Assembly: GCA_050084985.1 (NCBI GenBank)
Contig: JBITNC010000001.1
Coordinates: forward strand, 123,566,001-123,630,000
Length of the DNA: 64,000 nt
Source: Nageia nagi
Taxonomy: Eukaryota > Plantae > Pinophyta
Direction: 5' to 3'
The position numbers and the translations under genes are program-made. The number at the start of each line of letters is the position of its first letter. Positions within the stretch are counted from its first letter, which is position 1. Positions 25,047 to 39,780 of this stretch are shown piece by piece. The notes beneath the pieces are model-generated. The model was given only the letters and a program-made list of their open reading frames with translations. It ran no database searches and had not been told where the DNA came from.

Positions 25047-27249
25047 TGTACTTGACTTGCAAGTATCATTAGATGAATGATATTCTAATCATGGAACCTT
25101 GCATGCCCAGTGGTATTGTGATTATCATTATGTAGTGCTATTAGGAATAAAACTTTAACTTTTCACCATCATAGCTTTAGGAGGCCTTGGATCAAATCTA
25201 AACTAAAGTTTGGATTGATAATGAAATTGCACTTTTATCATCTTTATCATTGGAACCTTGGTTCTCCCATTATTACATAGAGTAACCCAATAATATGCAA
25301 AAGGATGTGTTACTAATTGCTACTTTAACTACTGCTAATGATTGTTGGCCAGGGTACTAGTCTATAGATTAACTAAATACTTAGAGGTAAAATCTAGAAG
25401 AAATTGTAACATTACCTCATGCTATATGCATGAACTTGAAACTGCTTGGGATGTACTATAGTTTGATCTTTGGGTCACTTAGGACCTTTTTCATGATGCA
25501 AGCATGGCTAAATAATTGATACCTCTAACCTTAGATTGTTGATATTTAACTCATCTAGAATGACACTAAGATCCTAAATCATAGTTGTTGGTTCTCTTGA
25601 GATTTTTGATGCTACTACTATTTCTTATTCCATGGCCTCTCTTGTATATTGAGTGTTGTTGGTATTATCTATTTACTAACTAGATTCTTGCATACCCTTT
25701 TTCCTTCAGTGATCTATTGCTAATGACAAAAAATGAAATGGATGACATCATTGCTTCAAGATTGTTGGCCTTAGTTAAAAATTCATCACTTTGATAAACT
25801 AATATCACCTATTGGTATTGATTTATATTTGATTATTTTTTTATTTTTTAGTACTGATTTCTCTTTATGTTGATGTTATTCAATCAAGGGTGTAACCTTA
25901 GTGCTTTTGAAATACATTATTTGTGCTAATATCACCTACTGACCTTGGGGCCTTTGGAAAATTTACTTACTTGTTGGCTACCAACCACTTTGTTGTTGAT
26001 GTATTTTAGTCAAGAATCCTAGAATGAGTTCATTTTGATCTCTTCTTGCATACTAATGTTATCTACTAATATAGAGCTTTTGGGTGATTTACTTACTTAT
26101 CAACTACCAACCACTTTATAGGTGATGTCATTTGTTCAAGACTCTCAAACTTAGTTCATTTTCATCTATCATCCATTGGATGACATCATTTAATGAGTTT
26201 GGCATTATTATTCCTTACTTATGTAATTGTATCTAGTATGAATACCTAGGTTTAACATGTTTTGATGATAACCTCAATGTGATATAAGAATTCATTTTGT
26301 AATATAACATTGCTTTGTTATGCTCATCTTAATACATAAAGGGCTATGATAGCATTATATGAGGAGGAGTACCAACTAAAAGGTAGTAGAGATGAGGCCA
26401 TCAATAGAGGACTTGAGAATTGCAGTTGTTGGGAATGTCCTACCCCTATCTACTTGTTTGTGTAATTTTGTATGCATTTTTCTCCTTCAATGAGAGCTAT
26501 AATGAGTTTGGAGCATTCTATGAATGAGTGAAAATTACATATTGTATATATTAGTAGGGGCAAATAGCATGGAAAATAATGTATGCTCTAAATTAAGACC
26601 ATAGTTGAATCCCTTATTTCTCCTACTTTTACTATTTTAGTATCATAAGAAACTATTTCTTTAGAGGTGATGTTTTCCCAATATCGAATGAAGGATGAGC
26701 CTTCTTACCTTAGTGATCTACATGAAAAGTTTAGAGTTTGAAGATCCTCATCTCTTCTATTCTAAAATTTTCCCCATTTAGTAAAATATTATAAGATGTT
26801 ATCTATTTTTATTATTGTATAGAGCCTCAGGTCCTTTACATACTTAGATATATTGTGATCTTATGAAACCAAACATTGGTAGAGCTATAAAAAGGTAGTG
26901 GGAAGGGGAAGGTAACAAAGGGAAACCATTAGGAGAACACATCAAAAAGAAAGGTACCAATAAGGAGTCTCAATAAGAAAAGGGATTTCCTTTTAGTGAT
27001 AAGCATATTTATAGGTTGGTGACATAAATGTGGAAAATATAGATGTTGGTGGTCATGGTTGATTGAGAAAATGAATGAAGGTATTGAGAGGGATAGCTGA
27101 GAAATGGAGGAAGATAAGGGTGTGGGGAATAATATGGGTTCACAATAGAAGGTATGGGGGTAGTAGAACACAAGTATGTACATGGTCATCCCACCAAGGT
27201 ATGGCTTCATAAGCTTCTCATGATGTCTTATGTATCCTTTAAGCATTTC

Positions 27250-27800
27250 TTCTACCATGTTATATGAAAGGGATGATATCAATCTTAATATTTATAATTT
27301 TGAATATCCTTCTCATTCAGATATTTATAAAATATCTAACCTATCTTCATGCAAAAATAAAATTGGGCAAATATCTATTAGTATGCATATTTCTTTTCTA
27401 AAGTGACATTTCTTCTTGGGATCTCTAACCTTATTTAGATTAAGAGTTGTTGTCTATAGTTGTCTACAAATGTTTAGTCCCTCAAAATAATTCATATTTA
27501 TCAAAGATACTGTAACTCTCATTTTGCATTATATATCATCTTGGAAACCTCATTGGAAAAGTTAAATGGACTTTCAAACTCTTCATAGTTAGCTATAGAT
27601 GAACTATAGCTTTCCCCCTCCTTTTATAGAATAACACTTCATCCAAAAATGATTATCTCTTAGTAGATTTAACTTTGAATTGAATGCTTGGATTTGTTGA
27701 ATTCACTTCTACTGTATATAGGTTGTCTAGGATCTTGCATGCCTTATTTGACCTTCAACTCAATCTCTACTCTCTCTCCAACATTCATCACTATCCTCGT
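27250..27800 (-). pseudogene. Degenerate Ty3/gypsy gag remnant
   Basis: The minus strand near 27720-27745 reads GMQDPRQ, similar to GMQDPRMH in the element D gag. Confidence 0.45.
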
Positions 27801-28469
27801 TAAGTCATCTATCTCTTAGGCCCAAAAGTAGTGGAAAAACTAGTTTCAATGACCTTGTTGACATCATTGTTCTCTCCATTAAGCTTTCTAAGCTTCAACT
27901 TATTATGCTTTCTTTATATATCCTTCTATTGGTATCTAGGATCAATATATTTGATATTACATCCTTTGAACCTTGAAAATATAATGTAAAATTGGCTATC
28001 TTGATCTTACTCATATCATCCCTTCAACATCAACCTAAATTTCATTTTTTATACTTCTATTAGGCATATTTATTATTTTTACTAATATCATCAGCTTTGG
28101 GAATTGAAACCCTACTCATATGATGATGATATGATCTCCTTCAAACATCCAACACTTCATGTATTTCAAGCTCTTCTTCTCTTGACTGCTTCCCTTGACC
28201 TCTCTTACTAGTGTCATCATTTGGTAATGCTTTATTACTTGATTGTTTGGATTATATTTGTACCAATAATTATTTATATGGTACATAAATCTACTCTTTC
28301 TATTTGAATTCTCAAAACAATCTATACAAAAAATGAATCAAAGAATGAAATTATGAATTTGATGTATTTATATATATAGTTAGGGATTATGAATCTAATA
28401 AATAAATATGAGAATATATATAATTGGGTATCACCTTCCTTTTTTTTTAACCAATTAGATTGGATTTGG

Positions 28470-29560
28470 TGTCTCTACCTAGAATCAAAGTTCATATTGA
28501 GTGTCTTTATCTTGAGTGTTATTGCAATGTTGAAGAATAGTATTAAGATCAATAGTTGAGTAGATATTATAGATAGTAATAAAAGAACAAGAGTTATGGA
28601 AGAGTCCTCTATTATGAGGAACCAATAATTACCTTTAGATTACATGAAATTAAAATTTCTTAGGCTCCAAAGACTAATAATATTTCATGAAAATATCTAT
28701 GGAACCAACTAACAGCTATGAATTGGTGGAAAACTTTGAACAAAGGCTTATCTAATTCTCTATGCCATCTTGTTTCCTGAGGAAAAATAAAATATGACCT
28801 ATAATCTTATTAGAGACATTGAATACCTCTATTTTTATCTCATAATAAGACCTCCAAAATTCCATGATGCAATTATCATTGAGATAATGGTGAAGGGGCA
28901 CATAATGCTCTTTTGGCACCATTACTATTAGATTTTATATGTAGTATGAGAAATTATTCTATCATAGGAGTAGGTTATTTTATTAGATTCATTCTATTAT
29001 CTTTAATTCAATAGTAAACTATGAACATTTTTCCAATCATCCATATTCCCCTATTTTACTAAACTATTTATTATAGAGTCGATGTTTCCACCTAGAATGT
29101 AAATTGAGATTAGGTGTTTCTATCTTGAGTCATACAGTCTATTGTAGAGTTGAATACTATGACTAAAATAGTTGATTAGATTTTAGAGATACCAAAAAAA
29201 TCACAAGACACTCATAATTAGCTTCAAATTCTTTCAAGAGAAAATGCCTTTGGCTCAAAAGTGTGATAATTTGCCTAACAAAACTTATAAAGATAACCAA
29301 AACTTACCAAATGATGGAAAGGTTTTGAACAAAGGATTATCCAGTTCAAAGAAACATATTTTTTTCTTGAAGAAAAATAAAATATGGCTTATTAAATTAT
29401 GATAAACATTGAACATTTATTTTCTTATCTTGTAATAAGACCTCTAATATATTCCATGATGTAATTATACTTAATTAAAGAGTAGAGGGCCATATAAAAT
29501 TTTAGGATACCATTTTTTGTATATCTAGATTTAAGTTTCCTTATGAGAAATATTCTTTTT
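28470..29560. repeat. Diverged ~0.6-kb direct repeat pair (about 28470-28990 / 29085-29560), probably LTR-derived
   Basis: Shared blocks: acctagaat, tatcttgagt, tttgaacaaagg, gaaaaataaaatatg, taataagacctc, ttccatgatg. Confidence 0.6.
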
Positions 29561-29574
29561 CTTTATTTCACATA

Positions 29575-30921
29575 TGGTGTAAGTAATTAAAGTGATTAGT
29601 TTTGGGTTTGATGGTATAGATGTGACATTGAGAGGTATTTGTATTATCTAAGGTTTAATTAAATAGCTCTAAGATTATAAGAACCAATACTAGGATTTGG
29701 GGTAGAAACGTAGTTGGTTATCTTAAATAATTCTTAAATATTTTTTGGGGACATTTATCTTTATTATGTCTTTATAATGTCCTTAAATTAATCAATTCTA
29801 TTAGGTATTTTTATGTAGGGGCATCTAGTTAGATGAGGTGATGCATAGCTAGGAAGTATTAGAGCTACAAGAAAGGTATACATGGAGTGAAGACATTAGG
29901 AGGTATCTAGAAGTTTGGAACATTTAAATCTCTAATTCTCTTGTATGTAGTGGAAAAAACTTTCTCAGAGGATTGAAAGGTGATGTAGAGGAAAAAAAAT
30001 CTTTTAAAGAAACATCCAAAAGACTATGAATATAAAACTCTAAAGGAGTCCATAAATAGATGATATATGATAGAAAATATGACCCTCATTGGAGAAGGAG
30101 CCTTGATGATAAGAAGCTTTATATATTTTAAAGGCTTATTGTTAGGAAACAAATATGTGTAGCAAATAAATAAAATCCATGAGTGTGAGTAAAGGAGAAA
30201 AGGATAGCTTAAGGTATATGGAGGTAGCCTGAGGAGAGACATGAATGTATCAAATTGGAGAATGTTGAAGAGTCAATCCATATAGAGATGATAATATAGT
30301 ATCTACATGTGAAGATTGGTTGTAGTGTTAAAATAAAGTAAGAGATGAATAGAAGCATTGTAAATAGAAAATGAAATGGGATAGAAAATGAGGCCCTCCT
30401 TAGAGAAGGGACCCTAATGATAAGATATACAAATATGAATAAAGGAAACAAATAAGATTTTTGAGTAGATGGAGGAAACCTAGGGAGAGTCATGAGTTTT
30501 TTGGGCTAGAGAATGTCAAGGAATTAGTTTATTTATAGGAGATGATAATTTATGGTGTATAAATATGAAGATTAGTTGTAGTATTAGTAGTAACTAAGAG
30601 ATAATCAAGGAGCATTATTGAGCTAGTGTGAGGAGGAAGTGGTTAAAAGGACCCCATGGAAAGATGGTGGTGTGAACTCAATAAAAGAAGTAAGGCAATA
30701 TTGGTGATGTGGGTGCAAGCTTAGGAGGAGCTTTAGAAATCTAGGATCCACCTAGGTGGGTATTTTATTTATTATTTTAGTGCTATGTTTAGTAGTATGT
30801 AGACTAGTATAAAGGCCCAATATATAGTATTATAGGAGATAAAGAAGGCCATATTTGATTGTTTATGTTCTATTAATGAAAACATTATATTTTTGGTTTA
30901 CCCTATCTTCAAACTACATCA
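29575..30921 (+). mobile_element. Possible solo LTR with internal ~250-300 bp tandem duplication (30070-30620)
   Basis: TGGTGTA...TACATCA inverted termini. Internal duplicated blocks include gagatgataat, tgaagatt.gttgtagt and tagaaaat..ccctc. No clean TSD. Confidence 0.35.
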
Positions 30922-31949
30922 TGTGGATCTAATGTCAAAGTATCATATACCCAACCTATATAAAGAAATAAGAGCCCATGTAATTATAATCCTTTTTTCA
31001 AGGGGAAGTTGAATATTTTAGAAATGATACTTTTCACCCATAACACCAAGGTTACACATGAGTTAGGTATGGGTATAGTGAAACACATACTTGAGAATTG
31101 TAGGGGATATGGATCTAATTTTAGGGGATGATTTAGAAGTGAAAAGTATATAACTAATAAAAAATTTCATAAAATTTATATTTTTACATCGAGAGGAGTA
31201 ACTACAATGGCAACCAAGGGGTGGGGTGTGGGGAGTCAAAATGTCACATTGTCTATTTGATCATAAACATTTGGTCGACTATTTTGATTTTATTCAAATT
31301 TTGATACAAAGTTGACTATATTAATTTTAATAAATATCATTTATATATAAATGTAATGTTTTTTATATTATTTAATTTATTTTATTAAAAGAAAATTAAA
31401 TGATTTTAAAAAATGATTGCTTAAAAATTATTAGATATAGAAATACAAAGAAATGATATTTCTTAGCATTTTTTGATATATAAGGGGATATATCAAAGCT
31501 AGTTTAGAAATAAAGATAGTTTCTAGTTCTAGATTCATATTATCAAGTCATTAATTGTTATTATTAATTCATTAATTTAATCATTGAATTCATTCATGAA
31601 ACATTCAATTAAAAATCAATTATGAAATTAATATCAAATAGAAAAACTAAAAATTAAAATTACAAATACAAAATTGAAAACTTTGTAACTTGAAATTTGA
31701 AAGTGAAATCAAATTACTTAAATAATAATATTATTAAAAAGATTTATATTTTAATTTAAAAGTGAAATTAAATTTATAATATATATTTTTTATTTTCTAA
31801 AAAAATTTTATTTTTAATTTTCAATTTTAATTGAAATTAATAATTTTATTCATTATTTGTTAAGTTATATATTTTTTTTAATAATATTAAAATAGAAGCA
31901 AGCTATACGAGTTGAGAAAAGGAAGAGCCTATTCTCCAACCAAGTTTGC

Positions 31950-32625
31950 ACATATATGGTGAGCGTATATCATTTCCACCACCACCACCTTCACTCAATT
32001 GCATTGCTCCACTTATGATATATTATCGGTGTATATCAAAACTAATATGAAGGTAGCATATCAAAGTTTGCCACTTGGCTACCTTCAATTATGTTGCTCT
32101 ACCTAGATATATCATGGGCATATATATAAGCTACATAATGGACATATATCGAGAGCTGCTAGAATATATTTGTCATTTCAACGAAATATATGATGGGTGT
32201 ATATCAAACCTATATCATGGGTGTATAGAGAGAACTTGAAAAATTTTGAATTTTTTAGAATAGATATATAATAGGCATATATCAAATATATCATGAGTGT
32301 ATAGTGAGAAACATGAAAAAAATGAAAATTTTGAAACTAGACATATAATGGGCATATGTCGTTTACAATAATGTGGGCATATAATGAGAATTAAGAATAA
32401 TTTATGAGATATATTTTGGGTGTATAGCAATTATATGAGGGGTGTATAACAAGAACTAAGAATGAAATTTTTTTAATTTTTGAACATGATATATTATAGG
32501 CATATAGTGAGAACTATGACAAATATAACTACAATTTTTATTATGTTATGGGCATATAACAAACATATCATGGGTGTATAGTGTATACATTATGGGCATA
32601 TAACAAGAATTATAAAATAAATTTG
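31950..32625 (+). repeat. Left subterminal array of the motif ATATCATGGG(C/T)(A/G)TATA
   Basis: More than ten degenerate copies. The reverse-complement motif is arrayed at 58620-58950. Confidence 0.8.
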
Positions 32626-33095
32626 AAACTCACCAACCTATACCATGTACCTACCCATACCATTTGATTTTTTGCATGCAGATTGAATTGCTTGACCCTC
32701 CATAGTTGCAAACCCTTAGATCTCTAGGTATGGGACTTTTTTATCATTGCATTTTGCCCAAATGAGGTCTAGGCTTGTGTTTCTCTTCCAATTTGTGATT
32801 GCTCTTGATTTGTGGGATGCACTTATGTAATTCTTTCTGCATGAATAAATTTGTAGCTTGTTGTACTCTTACTAATGAAATCTTCATACCCATTGGAATT
32901 TTCATACCATATTTACATGAACAATGAGAATAATGCAATCTAAGAAAACCCTTAAAATAATACAACATCAAAACCATATAGGGAAATAAATTTATAGCTA
33001 TGAATGAAGAGAAGAATATAGCATGGCATGGCATACAAATAATATTTTAATAGAAAATCCCATATTCTAAAGGTTTTAAATGGAGTTAATGCGAT

Positions 33096-33440
33096 AATAT
33101 AGAACATGTGATAATAGAACAAAAATGGATAAATAATAATAATATTAATTATAATTACAAACTTGTGTTGGTTAGTATAGAACATGTTTGGTTAATATAG
33201 AACATGTGATAATAGAACAAAAATGGATAAATAATAATAATATTAATTATAATTACAAACTTGTGTTGGTTAATATAGAACATGTGATAATAGAACAAAA
33301 ATGGATAAATAATAATAATATTGATTATAATTACAAACTTGTGTTAGTTAATATAGAACATGTGTTGGCTAATATAGAACATGTGATAATAGAATAAAAA
33401 TGGATAAATAATAATAATATTAATTATGATTACAAACTTG
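33096..33440. repeat. 78-bp minisatellite, ~4 near-identical units plus two 20-21 bp subunits
   Basis: Units start at 33096, 33194, 33272 and 33371. Short subunits at 33174-33193 and 33350-33370. Confidence 0.95.
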
Positions 33441-33604
33441 CTAGTACAATTTTGAGGTGACTTGATAGATGGCATGCAATAGTTGAAATGAAAATTACAC
33501 CATTTAGGATCAACCTAGGGAAGGAGACGACACACACTAGAATGATTAAGTAAGGAATTTGAGCTCTACAAAATAACCCACATTTCAATATAATAGCTTC
33601 AGAA

Positions 33605-34233
33605 ATGGGTGGAGACTTGGTAAGAAGGGAGCCCAACTCAATAGAGGAGACTAGGAAAATTTAGAAGTATGGCATCTTCTTTATGATGGAGGTTCAGATA
33701 GGTTTATGAATGCATGTAGGGGTGAGGATGACAAGATCTCACTAGAAGTTGTAGAAACTTGGAATGAAGGTGTTTTTAGTATCAATGGTTTGGAGCTAGT
33801 ATTCTCAACAATGATAATGGCCCAAGAAACCCACCTACCAAATGTTGGAATATAATTAAGAAGGGAAGGTAGGTGAATAAGCTTGTAACCAAATACAAGT
33901 TCATTCAAACCTACATGCAAGGGTCTAGTTTGTATAAGTTTCAAATGGGGATATTATGAAATTGCATTCTAGAGATTTAGAAGAAGCTAGCCAAGGATTT
34001 GATGAGATATAGCACTTGAAGGAAGGTACAGTAAGCTCTATGCCCATCATTTTAGTCTCATCAACCACTTTGTTTTTCCTAAAATATATAAGGTGAATTT
34101 TGCTTTCTTTATTTTCAATTTAATAAGCAATTTTATAAGAAAATTTAAGGCAAATTTAACACCATGGCAAATTCATGGTAGAGTGATAAAACTTGTGTAT
34201 AAAAGAGCCTTGGAAAATAGACCTACAAGGTTG
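33605..34233 (+). pseudogene. Accessory ORF-A, 5' part (resembles the putative plant transposon protein domain, PF20167-like)
   Basis: MGGDLVRREPNS..GGSDRFMNACRGEDDKISLEV..WNEG..LEGRY.KLYAHHF. Interrupted by element D and resumes at 43287. An uninterrupted paralog is at 59026-60190. Confidence 0.6.
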
Positions 34234-34855
34234 TGTAGATGACTCAAAATGAACCTTTATGTATTTAATAAATCATTTTAATCCTTTAATAATTTATCAT
34301 TTAAAAAGGGATTAAAATGTATAAGAAATGTGTAGGCCATGTATTTGACCCTTGTGGCATGTACAAGGGGTCAAATCCTATAATAGAAGCATCCCTATAT
34401 AAAGGAATTCAAGACATACAAAGACACATGGTGGGATTAGCATCAAGAAGATATTAGACAAGGGTAGATTACATAAGATATAAGGCTTCTATCAACTAAA
34501 TATCAGATAGAGAACCAAGGACTCAAACATCATTTGTAAAGCAAACCTTTGCAAGATCTTCTTATTTGTAATAAGTGAATCTCTTATCTCAAGCATTATC
34601 ACACATTCATTATATTGATAAATCATTTTTTCAATTGTTATTTTATCTTTTGTCACATATTTAGTTTTATCCTTAACATGACATCGATGTCATACTATTA
34701 CTAGGGCATTGGTGTCATGCTTATGTATGTTATATTGCTCATTCTTGATCATCTGTTATCATATTCTAGCTTTATATCAATAAATAAATAGACCAAATAG
34801 CGCATGTATTAATTTCATTAATTAATTGGACCAATTGCATTATTTAGGGTGTACA
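34234..34855 (+). repeat. Element D 5' LTR
   Basis: Homologous to 42898-43286 and 53542-53930. TATATAAA box near 34396. Confidence 0.88.
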
Positions 34856-34879
34856 TTTTGGTGAACTTGACATTCTTAC

Positions 34880-37100
34880 ATGCTTAGGTCTTCATATAGG
34901 GACAAATCCCTCTATAATGTCATGAATCCATTTTTGCTACTATTTCTCTCCAAAGAGGAAGTGCTCCAAATAGTATCCAAAGAGCAACATAAAACTAGGG
35001 CTTATTTTACTTATATCCCAAAGATGGATCTTAACCTAGAAAACCCTACAATCTTAAAATCCAAAGTACAATTCTTAGAGGTTAGGATAAGTCTTCTAAT
35101 TAATCTTGAATTATCTATTCAAATCCCCCCTCCTAATACCATGTAGGACCTTGAATCTTTAGATTCTAGTAAACTAATGTCCATTATCAGAGAGACTCTT
35201 AATCACTATGCTATTCTTGACCCTAGCAACTTGGATAATTTGGCTCCTAATTTGAAACCTTTTGGTGATGATGAAGTCCTTGATCTTGATAGAATTCCTT
35301 GCTATGGTTATTCCATTCAATAGGTGTTATGTGATAAAGAAAGGTTGCAAATTTTTATTCATAATAATGCTTTTGTTATATTTGAACTTCTTATAGATGC
35401 AAATTTGCTTGATAACCACTCTAAAGCTATAGAATCAAAAGATATCTTATTCCTCTATAAAAATATTCAAAACATCTTCATCCTATGAATGAAATGCATG
35501 ATGCGAGTGGCATGCTTGATTATCATCATAATGTGGTTGGCATATATCCTAATGGAGCAAAGCCTAAACTAGAGCTTGATACTGAGTTGGAATAACCACT
35601 GCATGAGGAAGATGTTTTTGAAAGTGATGATCAATCTAAACTTGAGGATGAAGATGAAGAATCTTACAGTAGTTTGATACTTAATCCATATTATTTTGAT
35701 TACGAAAAGAAAGGTAAAGGTTAAATTATTTTACCTCATGATGAGATTAAAACTCTTATTAAACAAAAACTTACTAAATTTATTAGAGAAGCCTTTAAGC
35801 TACAACAAACTTGGACTCCTAAGGAGAATGAGATTAAGGTAGGTATGATTATGGATATCCAATAAACTATTGATTGGTATAAACAACCTCCATTTGAATA
35901 ATTAGAAATCTTGGTAGGGATATTGCATGAACTTGAGTAGGATAACATTAATTGTACTAACAAGTTTGTTGTTTTGAAAAATACTCCACTTAAAATACTA
36001 AACAATATACAACAACCTCCCTCTTCCCCACCACCATCCCCAAAGATCAATGTAGGACCTAACAACATTATGAGTAGTGAAAATGATTTTAATTCATGTT
36101 TAAAAAGACCCCTCATTGAAAGAATTCTTACCAAAATAATCCATGGGAAAAAGAGTGTCAAATTCACTAAGTTTGATGGTATGCAGGATCCTAGGATGCA
36201 TGTTTGTAAATTTCATGAAGAAACTATTAAATATATGCATGAACAAGATTTTTTGGCTAAGTTATTTTCTTATAGTTTGAAGGATGAGGCTAAGTTATTT
36301 TCTTATAATTTGAAGGATGAGGCTCTAACATGGTACTTCCAGCTTTCTAAAAGTAGCATTGATAGGTATGAGGATTTGATTTGATATTTGTGCATGATTA
36401 TGGTTATAACATTACTAAGAAGGTTTATCTTAAGGACTTGTATAAAATTAAAAAACTCCCAAACCAATCAATGAAGGATTTTGTGAAGGTATGGAAACAA
36501 ACTGCTAACAAACAAACCATGGATGAACACAAACTCAAGCATATTTTTGTGGATGGTCTCTTGCCTATATATAAGCTATTTGTCATTTCTAATCATGATA
36601 TGCCTTTAGGAGATATTATTGGCACTGTTACTAAAAAGGAACCATGCATTAAAAAATTAGGTACCATGAAACATATTGATCATGCTTCACCTATAAAACC
36701 TATTATTGAAAATCATGTTGCATGCAAAAAATGAGGTAGTTCTCCACTCAAACATACTCACTAATATAATCCTTTGACTAATAGTATTGATAATATTATT
36801 AATGTATTATTAGATGAGGAAATGGTTGAATTACCTCCTATTTTTGAACCTAATTTTATTAATGGTGTGTCTAAAAATTTTCACTATGAAGAATTTTGCA
36901 ATTATCATAGGGTACCAGGTCAACTAATCTAGGATTACAAGACTCTTCATAATCTTATACAAGATTTCATTGATAATGGAGCAATTAGGATGGATCCAAA
37001 ACTAGTTGCATAGAAAGGACCTATACATCTAGATAATGCACAACTAGGAGTATTCAATAATCCCCTACCATATTCATAATCTCAAGGGTGCATTGCTATA
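34880..37100 (+). pseudogene. gag: Element D gag (retrotransposon capsid domain + CxYH knuckle)
   Basis: KFDGMQDPRMHV..LAKLFSYSLKDEALTWYFQL..SIDRYEDL, NQSMKDFVKVW, and FCNYHRVPG..LIQDFIDNG. Confidence 0.85.
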
Positions 37101-38199
37101 ATAAGTGTTGACCATACTTTACATTCTTTTTTAGCTAACACTCATGTATACAGGAACCCTCATCCCAATAGGAATAGGAATAGAATCAAATAGCATGGAA
37201 CTAATAGCATTAATTATTACTTTCAAGGCACCAATGATGTAAGGATAATTACTAAAAAAGTGCCTCTTTTCATTCCTACCTATGTGAAGTGTGTGGCAAA
37301 AAATCCCTAGGTACATAAGGTTATTCCTTGATCTCTTTCAGATATCACAATCAATGTATATTAGTAGCTAGGGTGTTTTTGTATCTTTTTGATTTCCTAT
37401 TCTATGAATACACTAGTCCAATGATTTATCTAATTTGTATGTATCATTTACATCTAATGTCCATAATCTAGGGATCCAACTCATCTCTATGCATGATGCT
37501 AATGCCCTTTTATCTCTATTTTGGGGCACTTATGCCATGGTTTTCCCAAGATAAAATGTTTAAAATTTACTTTTTATCATTCTAAACATTGTGTCTTCAC
37601 CTCTAGGTTGATCCTAGATGTTGTGTCATGATATATATGATCATATACACCCTTATGTCCTTTCTCAATCTTTCCAAGAAACCTTTGATTCCTTTAGATT
37701 GTGTATCATTTCTATTTATGTGCATGTCTTATGCTTGTTATTAGTTGTACATAACATAATATGTGTATATTTAGCATGTTTTACTATTAGTGAGTCAGTA
37801 GTTTTTTTAGGATTCATTTTTCCTATGTATTTGTCCATTTTCAACCATCTAAATATAACACAAAAATAAAAATTAAAGTGTGTGGAGTTCACAAATAATG
37901 AATCATATATATAAATATATCTTAGAGTCAAACTTTTGTAAGAATAGATATACATGGGCCTTAGCCCTACATCATCCACCACTATGCATGGGCACTAGCC
38001 CATTACTAGAGGCATCACTCCTCAAGCATACCCTCCTCCTGCTACTACACTTGCACCCAAGATAGAGATTCCTACCTGAGATACCACTAGTCGTGAGTCC
38101 ATGAGTCTCCAAGAGGGTCTTGGCCCTTGCATACTTGGCCTACATCTTAGATATATCTAGGGCCTATGCTCTAATTTGATCATGTTGACTTTATATAAA

Positions 38200-39780
38200 A
38201 TCCCACTAGTAATCTGGTGGGGCCATCATGAGCCTATCTTGGAGGCTCTTCACTATTAATGATAGTGAAGCAACCTTCGTATCTCTCATCGCTAGTATGA
38301 CCTTGATTATGGCCAACTTTGCCTCCAAGGTAGTTACCCAAGTATCTACATCCTCTATTATATCAAACATGATGCTTATTAGTATCCCATTAGCCATTTT
38401 ATTTCAAAATCACAAAGCTATGAGTTGAGTCTTTCTTACTTGGGGTGGGGGAAATTATCGCTAATACCTCTAGACCCCCTATGGTGGGGGCTCATCATGG
38501 ATGGGATTATCCACATGCATCTAATCCTCCTCCTCAAATGTCTATCTCATAGCTTCATCATCACTACCACTCTCTACCTCATCTAAGCCTAATGGACCTG
38601 GGTGCACTCTTACCCACCATCATGCATAGCTAAGGGAAATCCTTGGTGCATGCATGACATCTAAGGTGGCATCTAGAGCCTTTCTATCTTCCCACTTAGC
38701 CATCCATGCTAGCATATCCATAGCATTAGTAGGTACATCTTGCTCTACATGGTATCTTCAATATACTAGGGGCACATCTAGAATAGGTTGTAATACCCCA
38801 AACTACCTAGCACATGCTTTGGATGATGTAACTCCATAATCTTCCATCGAGTCTATAAGTGGGACTGTCTAACCCATGCAAAATGACATGTTTCAACATG
38901 TCATAAATAGTTTTCATAGAATATCCACACACTATCTACCTCTTGTAGACCATCCATTTGCATTCTCTATGCCTCAATGGACTATAAGTGGCCTATACCC
39001 ACCAAGTGGACTCATCCAAGCAAACCAAGGTTGTATATGTTAGGTTTTCTTTGGCTCTCTAGACCTGATCATGTCTCACCATAGCTATATGCTCATATGC
39101 CCAAATGTGTAGGAGGATAGAATGAGTAATTATCATATTGACCTTATCAACATTCATGAATGTGTATAAATATTTACAAACATATGCTAGTACTACTAGC
39201 CCCATGCAAACTATTACCCTCAAGTGCATATCTCTCATACTATCCATGTCATCCCAAATGAAAAGCTAAATGGATTTTATAAAGCATAAATAAGTGGAAT
39301 AATAGCTACACATGTAGTCTTAGTTTCTCCCCACTCCAACATACCTAAACCCTCTACAAGTCTCATCGATTGATGATCCAAATCTTGGTCGTTTGATCCA
39401 TTCAACCATAACCACTTCGCTCCTTGCATGTTATCATCCACCATCTCATGCTACCACATTGAGCCACCCTAATGGGTATGCCCTAGATCTAAATACACAT
39501 CCTATACGGTTACTATCATTTCATTAGTGGGAAGGTGAAATGAGTAGCAATCCTAGTCCCATCTCTTCAACCAAGGTTGTGAAAAGGGGAGTGTCTACCT
39601 ATGTTTTCCCTACATAAGCAAGCTCCCCTAGCTTTATTAGACTAAAACATCATTTGATTACTAAGTTCATGGAAAATATTGGTCCAAATATAAAAATATG
39701 GTCCTTATAGGCCCATAGTATATCAACCCCTTCCATCCTGCAATGTACCATTTGGTCTCTTAGTCCATCCTCTACCTACT
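38200..39780 (-). pseudogene. Aminotransferase-like plant mobile domain (PMD) ORF, antisense within element D
   Basis: The minus strand reads LFTTLVE..SFHLPTNEMIVTV*DVY..IPIR (~39470-39590) and LLHIWAYEHI (~39090-39120), both PMD signature motifs. A helical tail lies at 38206-38397. Confidence 0.85.

Noticed and set aside
33096-33440. Repeat/spacer-like pattern suggesting a CRISPR array, and the 69-aa ORF 33188-33397
   Set aside because: The apparent spacers are fragments of the repeat itself, there are no cas genes, and the context is eukaryotic. The ORF is a by-product of the 78-bp period.
38200-39780. Host MAIN/MAIL1-like gene
   Set aside because: It lies between the LTRs of element D and has many stops and frameshifts.
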